This document shows positions 24,123 through 36,785 of a stretch of DNA of 64,000 nt, piece by piece. The stretch is from Mytilus edulis (lineage: Eukaryota): positions 57,040,001 to 57,104,000 of the forward strand of contig NC_092350.1 of the NCBI RefSeq assembly GCF_963676685.1, written 5' to 3'. A program made the position numbers and the translations under genes. Each line of letters opens with the position of its first letter. Positions within the stretch are counted from its first letter, which is position 1. The notes beneath the pieces are model-generated. The model worked only from the letters and a program-made list of their open reading frames with translations, did not search any database and had not been told where the DNA came from.

Positions 24123-26895
24123 AAACCCCTGTGAATATAGCGCTCAATTGTGAAATTATGGGTTTAATTCAAAAATACCTAGCCGTTTACAAAACATCCT
24201 ATCAAGTGATGTGAACTTTTAATTAACTGCAAAAAGTAATTACCATATCTATGTTGTCGTATACACATGATATAATAAAAAAAGGAAAATCACAAAAAAA
24301 TCTAAATTCTAAAGAAAATTTAAAAATGGAAATTTCATATTCAATTTTAATAATGATGAGCTCAAACTAATCAAAGGAATGCATGAAAAACAAATATCAT
24401 GAACATGACTTAGTACATGCATTTATTAATGTAGAAAAATAGTGGTTTGAATCTGGCTTAAACATGCACCTTCATACTTTAGTTACAACAAGTTGAAAAC
24501 TATTGGCATTTACGATGAAAAAATAATTTCAATTCGTTTTTATTAGAAATCATGTTGAACAAATACTATTCAAATATTCAACATCTCCCAGATCAGTATC
24601 CTCAAGGTTGATAGTAAAAGTGCACTTGTAAATGGCTGATTTAAAAACTCACTTTCCGTATGATGCACGGATACATTCTCCGTACTGACAATCATAACCA
24701 TTACAGCAAGAATTATATTCGCAAGATACTGTACTACAGCCTGATATACTTCTTTTAACCATACTACAACATAAAGATTATAAACAAATACATTCTTTAA
24801 ACAACCTTCTTGAGGTTTTTTTATAATTGTTATTGTTGAGATCGCTTTTTATTGACCCATTTAGTGATCGTGGTTATTATGACGTACGATGATATATTTC
24901 ACTACTTCACCATCTCCAACTTTGTACTTTATTTGGACTGTAACATTTTGTTTTATTCGAGCGTCATTGATGAGTCTTTTGTAGACGAAATGCACGTCTG
25001 ACAGAAATATAAATTGTAATCCCGGTATCTATGATGACTTTATGTAATATTCTTAGTACCAAGAAGTAATTGCAATTTTTACTGTCTACCTTGTGCACCA
25101 ATACAATTGTAAGGGCGATATTATGTTAGATCAGTTCCCAAAGAAAGTGGTTTGGAACACTAATCTGAGAATCAGATAACTGATAATTTTAACCATTCAT
25201 ATCACATTTTCTTATATCTTTATACTTGTTTAGACTTTAAATTACGTAACACTTGTTTTACAAAACCTGGTTATTCAGTCGAATTAAGGTGGTACCTAAC
25301 ACTACAGGGAGATAACTCTGTAAAATCAGCTAAACGTTTTAATTACGTTGTGTTGATAAGGGAATATTAAGCTTCTCGATGATCAAAATTAGTGTTTGTC
25401 AAACTGCTATATAACCAGTGTAATTTTCCCGATAAAACGGTTGGTTCAAATTTTTAAAATTTTATATATTTTTGTCAAAGAGTCAAAGTAAATACTCTGT
25501 CAAAATTTTATGATAATTAAACGATCCAAATTAATTTTAGTGAAGGTGTTGGGTACCACCTTAAGTATTTTTTGTAGAGATATATTCATGTAAATTCACA
25601 TGTATGATGTGAAATGTCATCAAATTTGGTTTGTAGAATGATAATGACCGAACTCACCCGTAGTTATTGTCTCGAATACAGGTTTCATAAGAGCAAGTAT
25701 AACCATTACAGCACTGACGATAGACACAACTATCTCCATCATAACCACAGAGGTCAGGTGCTGCTCTTTTTACAAGACTAAATGAGACGTAATTAAATTT
25801 ATAGTAAATTAATTAATATAATACTATATTTGTCTTAATTGTTTTGATCAACAAATATTTGAGATTCGATGACCTTGTTGCAAAAGATATTTAAAAAACA
25901 TTACAAGTTTTATTTATAAAACCATTAATCCTGTTGACTGTTTTGTCATTCTAACATTCACAAATTGTCTAAACTTATATGCTGGGGTAGTATTCGTTTG
26001 AATGGAATCACAACATAATAAGAGGCAGTGTTGTATCAAATAATCTTGAAAGCTTATTGTGTTTTTTTGTAATATAACATGTTCACCCCTTATAAAAACA
26101 AAATGATAAATTATACTTTATAACAGTATATAAGACGTCAAAGACTTGAACAAATGGAAACTTGTATTCGATATTTCATATTTATAAATACAGTTATGAT
26201 TATCAAACCGAACAATCTAAACAATATTAAATAGTTATTTAAGACTCATAGTTAATAAACTTGAACTATTAAAAATAAAATGCAAATATACAACAATCAA
26301 CTTACTTTTTTATAAATCCATTGTATCCCAACGCTTCTCCATTAGACATACTAACTGTATGAAAAGAAAGTAAGCAATTCAACTGAGTATTTCAAAACCT
26401 AACTGATTGCATATGTTTGAAGAGCTGTATGATTAAAAAAATTACTAAAAAAATAATAAATCCATCTTAATAGGTATTTTTTTCTTGGGGTGAAAGTACA
26501 TTTTTTGTTTTATACATGTGATAAGAATTAACAAATATATTTTTAAAAATTAAATAGCAAAATCATGATATAAAAAAATTTAGTACCGACAAATTACAAC
26601 TGAGCTGATCATTTCCCAGTAACATCCGATTGACCATTTGCGCATGTTGCAATATGAATTAAGTGCTAAAAACCAAACAAAAACAATGTCATATTTTTTC
26701 ACCGACAGCGATGCTTAATTATTTAAGCAGCTAGTGATGAATGTGTATGTTTTTTGTAACTTAATGTGCAAATCATGACAAAAAATACAACACAAAATTA
26801 AGAGACAAAGTAAACGTAAATTGTGATCCTTATAAATTCTTACCTCCAACAAACACCAAAAACAGAGAACACACAACGCAAAGAGAAACCTGCAT
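23431..26895 (-). CDS. Multi-module CRP-I-like cysteine-rich peptide precursor (three C-C-CC-C-C modules, 148 aa; possible two-module 111-aa isoform)
   Basis: Exons 26895-26844, 26354-26306, 25777-25658, 24763-24653 and 23545-23431, all GT-AG and in frame. Translation: MQVSLCVVCSLFLVFVGVSMSNGEALGYNGFIKNLVKR|AAPDLCGYDGDSCVYRQCCNGYTCSYETCIRDNNYGMVKR|SISGCSTVSCEYNSCCNGYDCQYGECIRASYGNRGKR|SISGCSTVSCDYNPCCNGYDCQYGECIRASYGK*. Confidence 0.88.
23775..23940 (-). mobile_element. tRNA-derived SINE-like repeat embedded in (TA)n
   Basis: Minus strand shows box A-like TGGTCGTGTGG and box B GGTTCGAATCC, followed by a non-tRNA tail; three copies in the window. Confidence 0.75.
24086..24120. repeat. (TA)n microsatellite
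   Basis: Uninterrupted TA run of ~35 bp. Confidence 0.95.
25288..25560. mobile_element. MITE with TTAA TSD, Kolobok-like
   Basis: TTAA|GGTGGTACCTAACAC ... GTGTTGGGTACCACC|TTAA. Confidence 0.85.
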
Positions 26896-29309
26896 TTTGC
26901 CTTCAATTCTGTGCCAAAAAAAAATAGTTTGCTAGATACTACAATAATCTTCTATTGTTTGTATATTTTTCTTATGTAGTTATGTTATAGATAATGCATA
27001 TTTAAGGTTTTTCTTGTCGTAGAAAACATCGAGGGGTGTAAGGATTGATCAAATGAAAGACCGACCGTAGGGAGTTTAATAGCAGTACATTTTTTAAACA
27101 GATAATCGGGATAAAATTATATACCTTTCCCCATCCGACGCCATTGTGAGGTACGTAAATGTTATTCAGTAGAATATAAGAATATTTTATTAGTTGATCA
27201 TTTGAAAGAGGAGAAGCTATAAATAAATGTAAAAAAGTTAAGAACTGACATGCACGAAGGGGGCACGAAATCGTGATGCATGTACATGTTATACGAACAC
27301 GAATATCAATACATGATGGTTACAGTATGATATTATATTCAGAGTGTGTCGTCCTGAGCATGAATGACATATTTGCCACTGGACTTTAGGCAACATCGAT
27401 CATTCAACATATATAGTGTGAATCAATAAGATTTTCAAAATCTTACACACGAATATGTTAAATCTTGCTTTATTTAAAGTGTTTACATTAAAGTTCATCT
27501 AATATATATGAAAATGTCTCTGTATTGTAGCGATAAGTTAATAAAACTTCACATTATTTGTTTCTAAAATTAAAATGCGGGCAATGACGATTTGTTTACA
27601 CCTAACATAGATTGAACTTTAAAAAAAAATCCCAAATCGGCAACAAAAAAAATTTTGAAGTAAATTATAGTTTGCTTTTTTATCAAGGAAAATAATGACC
27701 TCACACGTCATTATTTTATGCCTTGGAGCAAATTTGATTAAAACATGCTATCGTCCGGGGTGATTCTTTAAAAGAATGACCTATCGTTCTGGTGAAAATA
27801 TCTCCATAAAGGTATATAAACTGATAGAAACACATCGATTTTATTTAATATATACCGATTGCATTAATATTATACTTTGATTAGTACGTTTAAAACTTAA
27901 TTAAACGCAACTGTTTAAGTGTTAGCTATTATTCGTGTGTTTCTCTGTCCTATATGTTTTCCCATTTATTTGTATTGTAGTCCAGTCATGTAATGTTATC
28001 ATGTTAATGTTATATTTAACACTGACATTAAAGCGGAAGGTTTGGCATGCCACAAAACCAGGTTCAACATTGTTCAACCCACTATTTTTTTCTAAAAATG
28101 TGCTGTACCAAGTCAGGAAAATGGCCAGTGTTATATTATAGTTCGTTTCTGTGTGTGCTACATTTTAATGTTGTTTTTCTATTGTGTCGTTTTTCTCCCC
28201 TTAAATTTGATGCGTTTCCCTCAGTTAAACACAGATTTGTTTTTTTTTCTCAATCGATTTATGAATTTTGAACAGCGGTATACCAATGTTGCCTTTATTA
28301 AACGGATTGTTAACGATATGCACACGCATTTGTATTTTGTGACTTTTGACACAGTATCATGACTGTTACCTGTTCTTTTTCTTTTACCGTTACGTCTAAA
28401 TATCCTTGCCTCAGATTCCGTAAGTCCATTATTATTTTTAATTCAAGCACATTAAAACAACTGCGTTCCCACGAGACTTTTTTTTTTAATTCGATCATCT
28501 AGTTTGGTTTCTTATCAAACAAAACCAATATTTGCAATGTATAATCCTATCACTAAAATGTCCTACTTAACTGAACCTTTGTCCTAAACATGTTAAACAT
28601 AAAAAAAAAAGGAACACGTCTATGAAAATATCATGAAATGCATGTTGATTTTTGAAAGTATATCACCATTTTTTTTATTTCATTGGCATATATTATAATG
28701 TTTAATAGCGATACCCCTGGTAGATAAGCTGCCAATGGTATTATGATCAAATAAACAGTAATGGGAATGATATATAATGATTGAAAGTAGTTTTGCTAAT
28801 AAAAATGAAATTAATTTAAAACATTTGAATTATTTTCTAAGACCATTTATGAATTATAACGTTTTAAAAACTATATCAAACTAAATTATTTGTAACAGAT
28901 GTCGCAAAATATGTACTACGCTACACAAATGTTCATCAAAGGTCTATATAAGAGATTTTTATAACATTTTACAATGACCTGTTAAAAAGTTAGTTAATAA
29001 ATATCTTTTGGAATCACAAACCATAAGTAAAACCTGAGAACATTAATACTACGATATTTACTTTACATTAATCATTATTATTCTATTTAGAAACATCTTT
29101 GTATTCATAGGCAGTTTTAATTGACCGAATAATTCAATAACAACAGATGCTTTACAAAGAGACACTGTCTGTAGCTTAAATCTTTAATGCGTTTTCTTTT
29201 TATCGTTCTTAAATTTAATAAATGTCCATTATACCAATGAGTTGTTTCACTGGAAATCATATTGTATTTTGTTTACTGTTTTAATTAATTAAGAATAACT
29301 TAAATATAC

Positions 29310-29380
29310 CTACATAAGTAAATGTAGCTGAAACTGAATGATAACTTTGGCTAAAGCTTCTGCTGTTTTAAGCTTTTATA
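29310..29380 (-). promoter_or_regulatory. Candidate TATA box and short non-coding first exon of the multi-module peptide gene
   Basis: Minus strand TATAAAA (29380-29374), Inr-like TCATTC/TCAGTT ~40 nt downstream, then AG|GTATAT. The signal exon is preceded by a splice acceptor (~26909), so an upstream exon is expected. TATA-Inr spacing is slightly long. Confidence 0.35.
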
Positions 29381-32099
29381 CAAGATTACAACGCAATTGA
29401 CATTTAACATATGGGCACATTAATTTATTCGTTTAGATGATCAGGCTTTGCGGTCAAACGACCTTCGTACGTTTTTTTTGTTGTTGACAAACTAGAAAAA
29501 TAAAAATAAAGAAGAATCCCCTATTTTTTTGGGTTAGTTGTCAAAATATTATTTGAATACATTTTTATGTTACATGTCAAAAAACCTGTCTTACTTCTTA
29601 TAACTAATAAAAAAAACACAGAAATAATAAAAAGTTTCATTATTTTTTTACTTTAAAAAAAAAAATGATTATTTACTGTTACACATTTGCTTAAAAAAAT
29701 CAATCTTTTATATGTTTTAGTTTAACTTCATCGATAAGTGTCAATCAAATAAAAAAATATCACGAAATGCACTGAAATGTGAGATTTCAAAATATTAGTA
29801 GTATACATACCTTTTGAATTTTAAAAAGTTGCAAGATATATCTTTTTTTTAGAAAGAAATTCATTATTTGTTTTCTTTATATAAAACATGTTTAAATACT
29901 GATACACGTCGGCCAGTCTTGGTGCAACAGTTCTTCAATCTGAATAAATATATTGTCAGTGAAAAGCTCAGCAGTTAGATGATATCATATATCTCCAATG
30001 TATCTTATTCGGTGTTAAATCGGTTTAGTTCTTCATTAACACATCTTTGTCACCCACCCCCCTTTTCGAAAAAAAATCAACATAAAGCTCATAATTTAGT
30101 GTGGAAAGAATGGTAGCAAAATTTTGTAATTCGAATATTTAAGCTTTGAACAGGTATCAAGTTATAAGGACTATTGAACATTTTTAGATATCAAGTACAT
30201 GGCTGGGATATTTCAATAGTTCGGATTTGCGTCTATGGCAGAATTGTTTTAATATATTTTTTTTAAATATCCTTCTTTGTGAAATGAACAATACAATTGT
30301 ACAATAAACAGCTTTCTAACAATAAAAAAACCAATACAAAGATCTTTTGAGGCAAATACAAAATGAAGAGGAACCTGCTTTTTATAACCAAATCAAAAAG
30401 AACAACTTCCTACTATGGCCGTAAAATGAAACTGGAAACGTCTTTGTCAAAAACAAAGGTAGACAACCTTACAAGTGTTTGCGATATCTTTTTAGACGTT
30501 TCATTTCTTGTCACAGTAGACAGTTTGACTTGGAATACATCTTTATCCATATAAACCAAACTGCTCCTCCGTCTTTGTCTCATTGTGTCACTTTAAACAG
30601 TAGTATTAAATCGCGGCCAATGGGTATACTGGAAACATTCTGCGATTTGCTGATCCAAATTCTGACGCATAATCGTTGGTTGGGCAGCAATGGTCAATTC
30701 CTGGCCACCAAGTTGGGCAGACATATTTGATTATTATTCAAATCATGTCATACATAAAAGCTCATAATTTAGTGTGGAAAGAATGGTAGCAAAATTTTGT
30801 AATTCGAATATTTAAGCTTTGAACAGGTATCAAGTTATAAGGACTATTGAAAATTTGTAGATATCAAGTATAAAGGCTGGGATATTTCAATAGTTCGGAT
30901 TTGCGTCTATGGCAGAATTTTTTTTATATATTTTTTTAAAATATCCTTCTTTGTGAAATGAACAATACAATTGTACAATAAACAGCTTTCTAACAATAAA
31001 AAACTCTAACTTGTAAAACATATTTGTATACACCGCAAGTATAGGGACACATTATACAATAGAATAAAGCATGCACAGAGTGGGAAGTATGTTTTTCTGG
31101 ATTTCGATTTTATAGTCCACGGCCATGGGTTGCAAAATTATTCAGTAGAAAGTAAGTCATATTTTGGATTCAACAAACGAGACCGATGATCGTATTTAAC
31201 TTCTTTAACTCTTGGAAATTATACAGTCCCAAGGGCTAACTTTACATCGTAATGCTTAGTAATTCTAGGAAGAATGTACGAGTTCATGGAAAAGTACGGA
31301 TACAAAATGCTATAATATAGTGCAATATTTAGAGTAAAATAATTCTTAATAGGGGTTCGCCCACGTCACTTAAAACAACTTGAATTAAGTATCTTTATTT
31401 TTTCATGGGTTGACCAACTTTTTGTTCCTACAAATATAATCAATTTAAAAAAAAGGAATAAAATACAACTGTCATATTCATCAGCTAGAACAGGCATTTA
31501 TAAGGAAGATGTAAGGGATTTTTTTTTATAACGACCTTAACCTTTATTTGTATGACATTTGTTCATAAAAATATTTATAAAACTATGTCCGCAATCCAAA
31601 TAGACACAATTGTCGTACGTGACCATAATCTCGATCCAGAAATCAAAGTTGTGTAGTTTGTACTTTGTAAATACAACTGTTACACAAAACACGCCTCCTT
31701 TTGGAGATATATGCTAATTATAATTTTTATAGTTTTCTTAACCTTCCGGTTCCAAGATATGATATCTATCTGTTCTCCTTGAACAAAATATTGGAATTCC
31801 ACCAGTGTGAACACACATGGATAGTGACCACATCTACATTTTATAAAGACCCAAAGTGAAAGCAATGAAAGAACAGAATTTTAGTTTAAGTTTTAACTCA
31901 AATAAATTAGAGAGATATACATTTTGAAAATATATTCCGCAATGTCCTATGTTTTAACTTTTTTTTAAATATAACTGCATATCAATTGTTCCGTCTATGG
32001 TATACACTTGAACGAAACTAAATAGTAAAGGTGGCACTGTTTGAGTCGAAAGAGGAGTTCCTTCTAGAGTTGTTCAAGTATGTGTAACATCTTTGATGC

Positions 32100-33560
32100 C
32101 ACTGTTTAAAAACACGCCATCATTTGCAAAAATCAGGTATTCGATGGATAAGGCGAAAAAATTTGATTATTCCCGGCGAAACATCAATTGTAACTGCAGA
32201 TGAGCAACTTTTTGGTAATGGCTAAGCAGACTCAGTGGGAATGGCCTGCTTTGTGTGAAGAAAATAAGTTTATCTTAATGTTTGGTGGATTGCACATTGT
32301 AATGACTTGTTATAAAATTCTGGGTGATATATTGCGTGATAGTGGATAGACAATGTGCTCTTACTGAAGCCGATATTGCAACATCTAGAACGGCAGACTC
32401 TTTTTATGTATGGTCAAATGTACAAAGGAATAGAAACGCGCATCAGATAACTGCATGTGTTTTGCTTGAATTGTTATTGTCGGCTTATGAAAGCTAAACG
32501 CAAAAAAATATAATTATGTCATGACTCTGTGACGTTCAATGATTTGATAGACTGGTGTAAGGAAAAAGAGTCACCTCGACTACAGTTTGATTCCTGGCGT
32601 TCAATTATCAATAAAGTTAGTATGCTCATTTCATGAGTCAGACTTTGTACTTTACAAACAGTCCATATAACTCATGATACGGTATTTTTTTTAGTTCGTG
32701 ATCGTGTAATTTATGCTTGATCGTTGCCGACCTATCTCAAGAGATATGGCATCCCTTCCAAACATTACCCAAAGGTTGCAATGGAATTTGAAAATGATAA
32801 TTTCACTGTACAAACGACCAGCAAATTTGTTTTCTTATAGCACAATTGATCAGGCACAAAAACAGAATAATGCAATTGTGAAGGGCGATGTTGGTGTCAT
32901 AGGTTTGACCAAAGATCCCTTTTAGACATTTGGATGGTAGCTGGACCAGGAGTCAGTAGACTAGAAGATGAATTTGAAAGATCTAGTGGTTTCTACAACA
33001 GATGAACGACATAATGAAGACTACGAAAATACGAACAGATATCTTTACAAATGCTTTGTAAAGTGGTGAACGAGTTTGGAAATCCATTTCTAGAAGAGTC
33101 GTCAGATTTGTTAAACAAGTTCCCCTATTAATGAAATTTTGGATTTGGGAGCCGGTAAGATATGTATATAAAATCCAAGATATTGGTCCGAACAATACAA
33201 AGATCTTTTGAAGCAAATACAAAATGAAGAAGAACCTGCTTTTTATAACCAAATCAAAAAGAACAACTTCCTACTATGACCGTAAAATGAAACTGGAAAC
33301 GTCTTTGTCAAAAACACAGGTAGACAACCTTACAAGTGTTTGCGATATTTTTTTAGACGTTTCATTTCTTGTCACAGTAGACAGTTTGACTTGGAATACA
33401 TCTTTATCCATATAAACCAAACTGCTCCTCCGTCTTTGTCTCATGGTGTCACTTTAAACAGTGGTATTCAATCGCTGCCAATGGGTATACTGGAAACATT
33501 CTGCGATTTGCTGATCCAAATTCTGACGCATAATCGTTGGTTGGGCAGCAATGGTCAATT
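32100..33560 (+). pseudogene. Academ-type transposase remnant (unit 1)
   Basis: Broken frames give PGETSIVTADEQLF, AKQTQWEWP..ENKFILMFGGLHIVM..KILGDILRDSG, TEADIATS.TADSF, RNAHQITACVL and IDQAQKQNNAIVKGDVGVIGLT, which I recognise as Academ(X) transposase motifs. Confidence 0.7.
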
Positions 33561-34974
33561 TCTGGCCACCAAGTTGGGCAGACATATTTGATTATTATTC
33601 AAATCATGTCATACATAAAAGCTCATAATTTAGTGTGGAAAGAATGGTAGCAAAATTTTGTAATTCGAATATTCAAGCTTTGAACAGGTATCAAGTTATA
33701 AGGACTATTGAAAATTTGTAGATATCAAGTATAAAGGCTGGGATATTTCAATAGTTCGGATTTGCGTCTATGGCAGAATTTTTTTTATATATTTTTTTAA
33801 AATATCCTTCTTTGTGAAATGAACAATACAATTGTACAATAAACAGCTTTCTAACAATAAAAAACTCTAACTTGTAAAACATATTTGTATACACCGCAAG
33901 TATAGGGACACATTATACAATAGAATAAAGCACGCACAGAGTGGGAAGTATGTTTTTCTGGATTTCGATTTTATAGTCCACGGCCATGGTTTGCAAAATT
34001 ATTCAGTAGAAAGTAAGTCATATTTTGGATTTAACAAACGAGACCGATGATCGTATTTAACTTCTTTAACTCTTGGAAATTATACAGTCCCAAGGGCTAA
34101 CTTTACATCGTAATGCTTAGTAATTCTAGGAAGAATGTACGAGTTCATGGAAAAGTACGGGTACAAAATGCTATAATATAGTGCAATATTTAGAGTAAAA
34201 TAATCATTAATAGGAGTTCGCCCACGTCACTTAAAACAACTTGAATTAAGTATCTTTATTTTTTCATGGGTTGTATCCCATCGAAATAACCAACTTTTTG
34301 TTCCTACAAATATAATCAATTTAAAAAGAAAGGAATAAAATACAACTGTCATATTCATCAGCTAGAACAGGCATTTATAAGGAAGATGTAAGGGATTTTT
34401 TTTATAACGACCTTAACCTTTATTTGTATGACATTTGTTCATAAAAATATTTATAAAACTATGTCCGCAATCCAAATAGACACAATTGTCGTACGTGACC
34501 ATAATCTCGATCCAGAAATCAAAGTTGTGTAATTTGTACTTTGTAAATACAACTGTTACACAAAACACGCCTCCTTTTGGAGATATATGCTAATTATGAT
34601 TTTTATAGTTTTCTTAACCTTCCGGTTCCAAGATATGATATCTATCTTTTCTCCTTGAACAAAATATTGGAATTCCACCAGTGTGAACACACATGGATAG
34701 TGACCACATCTACATTTTATAAAGACCCAAAGTGAAAGCAATGAAAGAACAGAATTTTAGTTTAAGTTTTAACTCAAATAAATTAGAGAGATATACATTT
34801 TGAAAATATATTCCGCAATGTCCTATGTTTTAACTTTTTTTTAAATATAACTGCATATCAATTGTTCCGTCTATGGTATACTATTGGACGAAACTAAATA
34901 GTAAAGGTGACACTGTTTGAGTCGAAAGAGGAGTTCCTTCTAGAGTTGTTCAAGTAAGTGTAACATCTTTGATG

Positions 34975-36435
34975 CCACTGTTTAAAAACACGCCATCATT
35001 TGCAAAAATCAGGTATTCGATGGATAAGGCGAAAAAATTTGATTATTCCCGGCGAAACATCAATTGTAACTGCAGATGAGCAACTTTTTGGTAATGGCTA
35101 AGCAGACTCAGTGGGAATGGCCTGCTTTGTGTGAAGAAAATAAGTTTATCTTAATGTTTGGTGGATTGCACATTGTAATGACTTGTTATAAAATTCTGGG
35201 TGATATATTGCGTGATAGTGGATAGACAATGTGCTCTCACTGAAGCCGATATTGCAATATCTAGAACGGCAGACTCTTTTTATGTATGGTCAAATGTACA
35301 AAGGACTAGAAACGCGCATCAGATAACTGCATGTGTTTTGCTTGAATTGTTATTGTCGGCTAATGAAAGCTAAACGCAAAAAATATAATTATGTCATGAC
35401 TCTGTGACGTTCAATGATTTGATAGACTGGTGTAAGGAAAAAGAGTCACCTCGACTACAGTTTGATTCCTGGCGTTCAATTATCAATAAAGTTAGTATGC
35501 TCATTTCATGAGTCCGACTTTGTACTTTACAAACAGTCCATATAACTCATGATACGGTATTTTTTTTAGTTCGTGATCGTGTAATTTATGCTTGATCGTT
35601 GCCGACCTATCTCAAGAGATATGGCATCCCTTCCAAACATTACCCAAAGGTGGCAATGGAATTTGAAAATGATAATTTCACTGTACAAACGACCAGCAAA
35701 TTTGTTTTCTTATAGCACAATTGATCAGGCACAAAAACAGAATAATGCAATTGTGAAGGGCGATGTTGGTGTCATAGGTTTGACCAAAGATCCCTTTTAG
35801 ACATTTGGATGGTAGCTGGACCAGGAGTCAGTAGACTAGAAGATGAATTTGAAAGATCTAGTGGTTTCTACAACAGATGAACGACATAATGAAGACTACG
35901 AAAATACGAACAGATATCTTTACAAATGCTTTGTAAAGTGGTGAACGAGTTTGGAAATCCATTTCTAGAAGAGTCGTCAGATTTGTTAAACAAGTTCCCC
36001 TATTAATGAAATTTTGGATTTGGGAGCCGGTAAGATATGTATATAAAATCCAAGATATTGGTCCGAACAATACAAAGATCTTTTGAAGCAAATACAAAAT
36101 GAAGAAGAACCTGCTTTTTATAACCAAATCAAAAAGAACAACTTCCTACTATGACCGTAAAATGAAACTGGAAACGTCTTTGTCAAAAACAAAGGTAGAC
36201 AACCTTACAAGTGTTTGCGATATTTTTTTAGACGTTTCATTTCTTGTCACAGTAGACAGTTTGACTTGGAATACATCTTTATCCATATAAACCAAACTGC
36301 TCCTCCGTCTTTGTCTCATGGTGTCACTTTAAACAGTGGTATTAAATCGCTGCCAATGGGTATACTGGAAACATTCTGCGATTTGCTGATCCAAATTCTG
36401 ACGCATAATCGTTGGTTGGGCAGCAATGGTCAATT
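34975..36435 (+). pseudogene. Academ-type transposase remnant (unit 2)
   Basis: Near-identical to unit 1, with the same disabling lesions. Confidence 0.7.
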
Positions 36436-36785
36436 CCTGGCCACCAAGTTGGGCAGACATATTTGATTATTATTCAAATCATGTCATATATAAAAGCTCA
36501 TAATTTAGTGTGGAAAGAATGGTAGCAAAATTTTGTAATTCGAATATCTAAGCTTTGAACAGGTATCAAGTTATAAGGACTATTGATTTTTTTTAGATAT
36601 CAAGTATAAAGGCTGGGATATTTCAATAGTTCCTGTTCTGATATGTCGCGCATCAAGGATCTAACGAAATTCGATAGACAGGTCAAATCTGGTGACCTAA
36701 GTTCACAAACTTTATATTTGAATAACATTAATTTTTCATCCAATCAGAATCCATCTCTTAAACGAGTTTCGGAACATCATTCAAA

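Larger units (their letters stand above)
22905..24775. repeat. Local direct duplication of terminal exon + 3'UTR (22905-23560 vs 24120-24775)
   Basis: Both exon ends are offset by 1218 bp. The downstream non-coding sequence also aligns (ctgtgaatag..gctcaa..tgaaattatgggtttaattcaaa; tattggcatt..; gaaatcatgtt..aacaaatacta). Confidence 0.85.
30081..36630 (+). repeat. Tandem array of ~2.86-2.88-kb units derived from an AcademX-like transposon (two full units plus partial units)
   Basis: Identical short ORFs recur at 30363/33224/36099, 31680/34556 and 32713/35588; unit sequence resumes at 56808-56940. Confidence 0.92.

Noticed and set aside
26715-26906. ORF MKAKCRFLFALC...
   Set aside because: Different frame from the ATG at 26895, which gives a 52-bp exon matching the paralogues; it reads on into intron.
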